Source: Candidatus Aminicenantales bacterium
Lineage (GTDB): Bacteria; Acidobacteriota; Aminicenantia; Aminicenantales; UBA4085
Assembly (NCBI GenBank): GCA_049515535.1
Contig: JBEKTZ010000001.1
Coordinates: 1-64,000 of the forward strand
Direction of reading: 5' to 3'
Length of the DNA stretch: 64,000 bases
How positions within the stretch are numbered: position 1 is the first letter of the stretch; each line of letters starts with the position of its first letter. Of the stretch, positions 58,501 to 64,000 are shown piece by piece. The notes beneath the pieces are model-generated. The model did no database searches. It was not told the DNA's origin and worked only from the letters and a program-made list of their open reading frames with translations. The position numbers were made by a program, and so were the translations under genes.

Positions 58501-59085
58501 GCGGCCCAGAAAGAACGTCATGACTTCCTCTTGCAACAGAAGAAGGACCTCACGGAATCGATCGCCCAGACGAAGGAAGCGATCCAGAAGATCGATGAGG
58601 AAAGCCGTCAGCGTTTTCTCACGGCGCTGGCCGAAGTCAATAGATATTTCCAGGAGCTGTTCATGACCCTGTTCAAGGGCGGCTCGGCCGAGGTTCGGCT
58701 GTTGGACGAGGCCAATCCCCTCGAGAGCGGCGTCGACGTCATCGCCCAGCCGCCGGGAAAAAAGGTCCAAAACATGGGACTTCTCTCCGGTGGCGAAAAA
58801 TCCCTGACGAGCCTGGCTTTTCTCTTCGCCCTGTTCCGCTACAAACCCACGCCGTTCTGCATCCTGGACGAAGTGGACGCCGCCCTCGACGAAGTGAACC
58901 TCGCCCGGTTCCTGGAACTGATGTGGACGATCAAGACCGAAACGCAGTTCATCATCATCACCCATAACTACAAGACCATGGAGGTCGCCGATTACATCTA
59001 CGGCACGACGATGGCGGAGCCGAACGTCACCAAGATCTTTTCGATGAAACTCGAAAAAAAGGGAGACGAGGAGACCGTTGATTAA
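55594..59085 (+). CDS. smc: Chromosome segregation protein SMC
   Basis: GPNGTGKSN, IEQG, coiled coils around a hinge, GAVNL.A.EEY, LSGGEKS, ILDEVDAALD, IITH. Confidence 0.95.
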   Translation: MIIKRLELQGFKTFPDRTKVVFNKGITIIIGPNGTGKSNIVEAIQWVLGGQRVKSVRGEKIEDSIFSGTVHRPAMGMADVTLVLQNSGDEMQINHRVFRSGESEYRLDGKVVRLKDIHDELWKKAISENKYFVIEQGAIGTFVTSKPTEKRALIEEAAGTAYYKDKKRLAENKLEGSAQNLVRLEDILAEVAKAKNSLARQAGAAERYRKLRERIRELTAHNFRLKSEQLVSSQQDVQFHYDQSLGSEREILSRLAAEEKTVNQNRKEAWELEQSLKDGKENLFALKSQIARFEAEKERETKRIEFFEEKRKKAAADIDELLAELLLQEKDILQAQSGLKTNVESFARKKKDAEDLERAHRETEARIAPRAKKIEALRGDYLLKFSEVTEAKNEGAKLDKELELIRRQEEKIRLRQGETRTKLDEKGREIAGRDDRGRQILRKIEEKEIQVAALHNRRNAAASAIEDLQAVVRGLKEKRDEDAYHAQALRKLEEKERAAEPLLDVEGALGFFTDLLESDPADAPLIDVFWKEEARATVISAEEFLKNLSGREIRGNFLLLPDRPKERLPHAVVEDPAVIGLLSGRLRPSPKMKGPLPELLDAVIVDDIQAAIRLWLRFPDMSFISLKGDALLSTGLLKLGQRKEGLFTLSQEIKELDKKVTLRDEEIRPFAARLEENALAKQAFEADITAESGRLAELHKSQQEIEKTIALGLAEKENLANDMALLDHELEVLGMDRAGFTQKGEAHARVIRGLEDKERELRGRAEAEEKEFALLQEKANLEGKGLLELGGILDVLQEKTNSLQIFIKNLTPRKESAAAKIDALKADAVAAEEETARLKDLIVGLDDKIVAQEERKNQLESRLSESESRLRRIQDEVVAAETGLAALREEFERKKDERMKWEIRKAEIDRDLVNLEETCWQELKKTLQEVKAEPRPAEAEAGAVEAELEEAKEKLLKYGAVNLMAEEEYAAQKERHDFLLQQKKDLTESIAQTKEAIQKIDEESRQRFLTALAEVNRYFQELFMTLFKGGSAEVRLLDEANPLESGVDVIAQPPGKKVQNMGLLSGGEKSLTSLAFLFALFRYKPTPFCILDEVDAALDEVNLARFLELMWTIKTETQFIIITHNYKTMEVADYIYGTTMAEPNVTKIFSMKLEKKGDEETVD

Positions 59086-60559
59086 GGTCCAGCTCTACGT
59101 TCCGCCCGGCGGATATTTCGCCGAACGCTGGGCCAAAGGTTCATCCATGCCGCCGTTGGGGCTCCTCTCCATCGGGGCCGTGCTGGAGAAAGAAGGCATT
59201 CACGTCGAAATCGTCCCCGCCGATATCCTCGAGATGAGCTGGGGCGATATCGCGGAAAAGATCGCCCGAGACAAGCCCGCTATCGTGGGCGTAACCGCCA
59301 CGACGGAAAATCGTTTTCAAAGCTTCAAGCTCGTCAAACTGGCGAAAAAAGCGCATCCCGGGACCCTGGTCGTCCTCGGCGGACCCCATGCTTCCATGGC
59401 GGCCGAAGACTGTCTGGAGCATATCCCGGAGCTCGATGTCGTCGTCCGGGGCGAAGGCGAATACACGATGCTCGACATCTGTCGGGTCTGGGAGAAAGAG
59501 AAAAGCGCGGCCGCCCTGGCCGCCGTGCCGGGGCTCGTGATCCGGATCGACGGCGAGGTCAGGAGCGGCCCTCTCCGGCCTCCCATCCAGGATCTCGACA
59601 GCCTCCCCTTCCCGGCCTTCCATCTCGTGCCTTTCGAAAAATACCATTTCACGGTGCCGGTGCCGGGGCACGGCGACCTGCCCGCCGTCAATATCATGAC
59701 CAACCGCGGCTGTCCCTTCGCCTGCAACTTCTGCGCGACACCGATCAACTGGGGCCGTCATGTCCGGATGCGCAGCCCCGAAAACGTCGTCCGGGAGATC
59801 GAGTTTCTCAAGGAGAAATACGGCATCAAAGTCGCTTTTTTTTACGACGATACGTTCAACGCCAATCCCAAGCGCGCCAATGACCTCTGCGGACTCATGA
59901 TCGAACGCAAGCTGGACGTCTTCTTCCGCTGCGAAGTCCGGATGGATATCCTGAGCCGCGAGCTCCTTGAAAAGATGAAGCGGGCGGGCCTCTTCCATAT
60001 ATCGTTCGGCCTGGAAGCCGGCTCGGACCGCGTCCGGAACGAAATCATCGGCAAGAAAATCGAGATCCGGGATTTTCGCAATCTGGTCCAATGGTGCCGT
60101 GAGCTCGATATCGTCCCCAACGCCTTTTTCATCTTCAGCCATCCGACCGAGACTTGGGAGGAGGCGAGGCAAACGATCCGAATCATCGAGGAATACCGGG
60201 ATCGCATCGAAAGCACTGTGGCGATCCTTCACATCTATCCCGGCACGCCGCTCGAAAAGCAGGCCAAGGAAACAGGTGTCCTGCCGGAAAATTTCTCCTG
60301 GACAAAAAGGCACTTTTCGAAAATAATCACTCTGCCGATGGCTCAAGGAGACGTCCCCCTGTACATCGATAAGCTGACCTGGAGCCAGGTCAGCGAGCTC
60401 GTCCTCCGCTGGTCCTTCAGCACCACGAAGACATCCCTTCTCAAGAAAGCGCCGCGGGCCCTCACCCAAATCCGCTCCTTCGGCGATCTCAGGCGCCTGG
60501 CCGTCATGGGCTGGGTTTATCTCAAGCTCAAAGCGCATAAATCGGCCAAAAAGAATTGA
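59078..60559 (+). CDS. B12-binding radical SAM protein
   Basis: PPLGL, GGPH, RGEGE, RGCPFACNFC, YDDTF, GLEAGS, YPGT. Confidence 0.92.
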   Translation: MIKVQLYVPPGGYFAERWAKGSSMPPLGLLSIGAVLEKEGIHVEIVPADILEMSWGDIAEKIARDKPAIVGVTATTENRFQSFKLVKLAKKAHPGTLVVLGGPHASMAAEDCLEHIPELDVVVRGEGEYTMLDICRVWEKEKSAAALAAVPGLVIRIDGEVRSGPLRPPIQDLDSLPFPAFHLVPFEKYHFTVPVPGHGDLPAVNIMTNRGCPFACNFCATPINWGRHVRMRSPENVVREIEFLKEKYGIKVAFFYDDTFNANPKRANDLCGLMIERKLDVFFRCEVRMDILSRELLEKMKRAGLFHISFGLEAGSDRVRNEIIGKKIEIRDFRNLVQWCRELDIVPNAFFIFSHPTETWEEARQTIRIIEEYRDRIESTVAILHIYPGTPLEKQAKETGVLPENFSWTKRHFSKIITLPMAQGDVPLYIDKLTWSQVSELVLRWSFSTTKTSLLKKAPRALTQIRSFGDLRRLAVMGWVYLKLKAHKSAKKN

Positions 60560-60625
60560 TGCCTCTCGATCCCCCGATAAAAAAATGGGAAAAGGAAAGA
60601 TGATTTCCTGAGAAAGGAGCATGCC

Positions 60626-62095
60626 ATGTCGATTTATCTTATCGTCATCCTCGCCTATCTCCTCGTGCTCACGGCCTTCAACTTCTTGCGGGCCAAGAAG
60701 ATCAAAAGCCAGGACGATTACCAGGTCGCGGGTCGCAGCCTGAAATGGCAAGTCATGGTCTTCACCCTGATCTGCACATGGATCGGTTCGGGCACCTTTA
60801 TCAGCGGAGCCGAGTTCGCCTCGAAGGCCGGCTTCTCCGCGCTCTGGCTCTCCGCGGGCGCCTGGGTCGGCATCATTCTCATTTACTTCCTCGCCGCCAA
60901 GATCCACACCTTCGGACAATATACGGTCGGCGATGTCCTGGAAGTCCGTTACGGCCCCGCCGCCCGGCTCTTCGGGGCCGTTGCTTTGATCCTGTCTTTC
61001 ATCTCCATCGTTTCTTATCAGTTCGTCGCCGGAGGGTTTATCTTGAACGTCATCACGGACGGCAAGATCTCCGAGTCGACGGGGACGATCATCGCCGCCG
61101 CTTTCGTCATTCTCTTCACGACCCTCGGAGGCATGGTCGCCATCGCCTACACGGACCTGCCCAACGGCATCATTATCGTCCTGGCCTGCTTATTGGCCGT
61201 TCCTTTCGTCGTCACGGCCGTGGGCGGGCTTCCGGCGGCCAAAGCCGCCCTGGATCCCGGCTACTTCGCCATCGTCAATACCCAGTTCGGAGCCCACCCA
61301 TGGCTGAAGGCGATCGGCTATTTCCTCTCGACCATGTTTTTGCTTTTGGGCGTTCAGAGCATGTACCAGAAGTTCTACAGCGCCAAGTCGGCCAAGGACG
61401 CCAAGAAGGCCGTCGCCTGGTGGACGATCGGAACGATCTTCGTGGAAACCATCGTCGTGGTCATCGCCGTCTTCGCCTTCAGCAAGCTCAAGGGACAGAT
61501 CGACCTGAGCGTGCCTAAGGCGGGCGGGAAGATCGTCCTGATGGCCGCCAAGCAGCTCGTGCCCGTACCGGTCGGCGTCCTGCTCCTGGGCGCGGCGTGC
61601 GCCGTCGTCATTTCGACCGGCATGAACTACCTCCTCTCGCCTTCGACGACGCTCATGCGCGACATTTACCAGCGATTCATGAAAAAGGGCGCCGACCAGA
61701 AGAACATGGTCACCCTGCAAAAGATCTTCGTCATCGTCATCGGTTTGTTGGCCTTTCTGCTGGCGACGCAATTGAAGAGCGTTCTCGAGATGAGTTTCTT
61801 CGCCTATACGATCTACGGCGTGTCCATCACTCCGGCCCTCCTCGCCGCCCTGGCTTGGAAGCGGGCCACGAAAGCCGGCGGCCTGGCCTCGATCATCTCC
61901 GGGATGGTCGTTTGCGTCGTCTTTATTGTCTTGTCCAAAGTCCTGCCCGCGGGCCAGGTGCCCGACGGCGATCCATGGGGCATCCCTCTCATCTATCCGG
62001 CCCTGATCGCTTCGCTCGGCGCGCTCATCATCGTCAGCCTGTCGACAAAAAAACCGCGGCCGGAAGAGCTGGAGAAGTTTTTCCCGAAGAAGTGA
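60626..62095 (+). CDS. Sodium:solute symporter family protein
   Basis: DYQVAGRSL, TWIGSG, GGMVAIAYTD, YQKFYSAK; about 13 TM segments. Confidence 0.9.
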   Translation: MSIYLIVILAYLLVLTAFNFLRAKKIKSQDDYQVAGRSLKWQVMVFTLICTWIGSGTFISGAEFASKAGFSALWLSAGAWVGIILIYFLAAKIHTFGQYTVGDVLEVRYGPAARLFGAVALILSFISIVSYQFVAGGFILNVITDGKISESTGTIIAAAFVILFTTLGGMVAIAYTDLPNGIIIVLACLLAVPFVVTAVGGLPAAKAALDPGYFAIVNTQFGAHPWLKAIGYFLSTMFLLLGVQSMYQKFYSAKSAKDAKKAVAWWTIGTIFVETIVVVIAVFAFSKLKGQIDLSVPKAGGKIVLMAAKQLVPVPVGVLLLGAACAVVISTGMNYLLSPSTTLMRDIYQRFMKKGADQKNMVTLQKIFVIVIGLLAFLLATQLKSVLEMSFFAYTIYGVSITPALLAALAWKRATKAGGLASIISGMVVCVVFIVLSKVLPAGQVPDGDPWGIPLIYPALIASLGALIIVSLSTKKPRPEELEKFFPKK

Positions 62096-62114
62096 GGAAA
62101 AGGGGGAAAAAGAT

Positions 62115-63155
62115 ATGATCACGGGCATCGTCATAGACCCGCGCTATCTAGACCACAACAGGGGCGCCGGGCATATCGAAGGCCCCGAGCGCCTCGAAGC
62201 CGTTTATGAGATGATCGCCGCGGGCCTCCCCTTCCCGTATGAGCATATCGAACCACGCGCCGCTTCACGCGAAGAGATCGAATACGTTCACGCTCACGAA
62301 TATGTCGACTTCCTCTCGCTGACGGCGGGACGCCCATACGTTTCGCTCGATCCCGACACATCCATGACCGCCCGATCCTTCGATTGCTCCCTGCTCGCCG
62401 CCGGCGGGGCGATGAAAGCCGCGGACATGATCATGGAAGGCCGGATCCGCAATGGGTTCGCTCTGGTCCGGCCGCCGGGCCATCATGCGGAAACCAACCA
62501 CGCCCAAGGATTCTGCATCTTCAACAATATCGCCATCGTCGCCGAGCATCTCCTCCGGAATCACGGCCTCCGGCGGATCCTGATCGCCGACTGGGACGTT
62601 CACCACGGGAACGGGACCCAGAATTCGTTTTTTCTTCGCCGGGACGTCCTGTTTTTTTCCACGCACCGGTATCCGTTCTATCCGGGAAGCGGCTATTGGC
62701 CCGAGATCGGCGCCGGTGAGGGAGAAGGGTTCACGGTCAATGTGCCGTTGACCGCGGGCAAGGGCGACGAAGACTACGTATTCATTTACAGAAACGTCCT
62801 CGAACCGATCGCCGCGGCCTACCAGCCGGATTTTATCCTGGTCTCGGCCGGTTTCGACATCGATCGCGACGACCCGCTGGGCGGCATGAACGTCACGAGC
62901 GCAGGATTCGGGGCCTTGGCGGCCGAGCTTCTGATCATGGCGGAGAAATCATGCCGGGGAAGGATCCTCTTCGTTCTCGAAGGAGGCTACGGCCTCGAAG
63001 GCCTGGCGGAAGGAGTGAAGCAGGTCCTGCTTCGGCTTTCCGGGACCGGAACTCCCCTATCCGTCAAAGCCCTTATTTCCGAAGCCGTCCGAAATGAGAT
63101 CGCTCCGGTTTTCGAAATCCACCGGAAATACTGGCCGCTCAAAATGCCCTCTTAA
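62115..63155 (+). CDS. Histone deacetylase-family amidohydrolase
   Basis: RPPGHHA, GFCIFNN, DWDVHHGNGTQ, SAGFD, LEGGY. Confidence 0.95.
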   Translation: MITGIVIDPRYLDHNRGAGHIEGPERLEAVYEMIAAGLPFPYEHIEPRAASREEIEYVHAHEYVDFLSLTAGRPYVSLDPDTSMTARSFDCSLLAAGGAMKAADMIMEGRIRNGFALVRPPGHHAETNHAQGFCIFNNIAIVAEHLLRNHGLRRILIADWDVHHGNGTQNSFFLRRDVLFFSTHRYPFYPGSGYWPEIGAGEGEGFTVNVPLTAGKGDEDYVFIYRNVLEPIAAAYQPDFILVSAGFDIDRDDPLGGMNVTSAGFGALAAELLIMAEKSCRGRILFVLEGGYGLEGLAEGVKQVLLRLSGTGTPLSVKALISEAVRNEIAPVFEIHRKYWPLKMPS

Positions 63156-63277
63156 TCCTGCTTCGGCGCCATTTTTCAGACAAGCGTCCTCTTTCGAGGA
63201 CACAAATCAGGGAAAAAATTGGAAAATCAGGCAGCGGATTTGGTATAATTTTTGCATAAAATAAGGGTGCAAGGAGA

Positions 63278-64000
63278 ATGAAGATGAAAAAACTCGCCGC
63301 TTTAGGTTTGGCCTTTCTCACCCTGAGCTTTTTTGCGAGCGCGCAAGAAGCGAAGGACGCTAAGCCCACATCACCCTCCTTCGCCCGTTTGAGTTATGTC
63401 GACGGCAACGCCTATATCCAAAGGGCCGCCGTTCTCGCCTATGAAGAGGGGCAAGTGAACATGCCCATCGCCGAAGGCGACCGGATCGGGACGACGGATG
63501 GGCTGGTCGAGATCTATCTGGGAAAGAAAAATTATCTGCGTCTCGACCAGAACGCCAAAGTCGATTTCCTGAACCTTCCCAAGAACAACGCCAACCTCAT
63601 CCGCGTCCGGCAATGGGCGGGCAATCTCTATCTTGACGTCGCCACTCTGGAAAAGGAAAAGGCGATCGAAGTCCTGACCTCCGACGCGACTTTTTACATT
63701 CTCGACAAGGGCCTTTACCGGATCGACGTCAATGAGAACAAGGAAACCGAGATCCTGGTTTTTTCGGGCATGGCCGAAGCCTCGGGAGAGAACGGTTCCA
63801 TGCTGGTGAAAAAAGAACAGCGTCTGTCCGTTTCCGAAGGACGCTTCCTTTCGAACCCCTCGTCGTTCTTCGCCTCCGTGAGCGACGCGTTCGACACGTT
63901 CAACGACAACAGGGACACCAAGGTCAACCGGCAGCTCGCCCGCAGATACCTGTCGGGCGATCTCGCGGACTTCGAATACGAGCTCGATGAATACGGCGAC
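63278..64000 (+). CDS. FecR-domain / DUF6600-like secreted protein, 3' end beyond the window
   Basis: AAGGAG RBS; open frame MKMKKLAALGL...ARLSYVDG...NMPIAEGDRI...GLYRIDV...ELDEYGD to the window edge. Not in the ORF track. Confidence 0.75.
   Translation, partial: MKMKKLAALGLAFLTLSFFASAQEAKDAKPTSPSFARLSYVDGNAYIQRAAVLAYEEGQVNMPIAEGDRIGTTDGLVEIYLGKKNYLRLDQNAKVDFLNLPKNNANLIRVRQWAGNLYLDVATLEKEKAIEVLTSDATFYILDKGLYRIDVNENKETEILVFSGMAEASGENGSMLVKKEQRLSVSEGRFLSNPSSFFASVSDAFDTFNDNRDTKVNRQLARRYLSGDLADFEYELDEYGD

Overview
GC-rich bacterial chromosomal window. Oar-type TonB-dependent receptor, GWxTD, VWA-like, FecR-type and many TPR proteins suggest an Acidobacteriota/Ca. Aminicenantes-like anaerobe, but this is inference only. 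It opens in the 3' end of an IS630 transposase. It carries about 40 CDS: a Ser/Thr kinase-NHL cluster, an OMP plus S8 protease, a GH38/oxidoreductase/rlmD operon, rlmN, two Na+/solute symporters, a corrinoid protein facing an epimerase-OYE-PFK-flavoprotein-SDR operon, a split TMTC-like glycosyltransferase pair, an S9 peptidase, GWxTD/TBDR/VWA, an XRE-ImmA plus Cas4-like nuclease operon, and smc-radical SAM-SSS-HDAC. It also has a tRNA-Thr(CGT) with a 2.1-kb AT-rich integrase-less islet and two deletion-scar pseudogenes. The most notable unannotated signals are non-coding. (1) Two paralogous promoter-driven stem-loop RNA candidates at about 9.4 kb and 37.1 kb share a GCUGGCUG/CAGCCAGC stem, a covarying inner stem and an anti-Shine-Dalgarno CCUCCUU loop. 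(2) A dispersed multi-hairpin repeat family occurs at about 0.3, 16.7, 21.2 and 55.4 kb; one copy supplies the rlmN C-terminus and stop codon. (3) A sigma54 site, IHF site and candidate enhancer lie upstream of the TonB-dependent receptor. All family assignments come from motif recognition by eye, without database searches.
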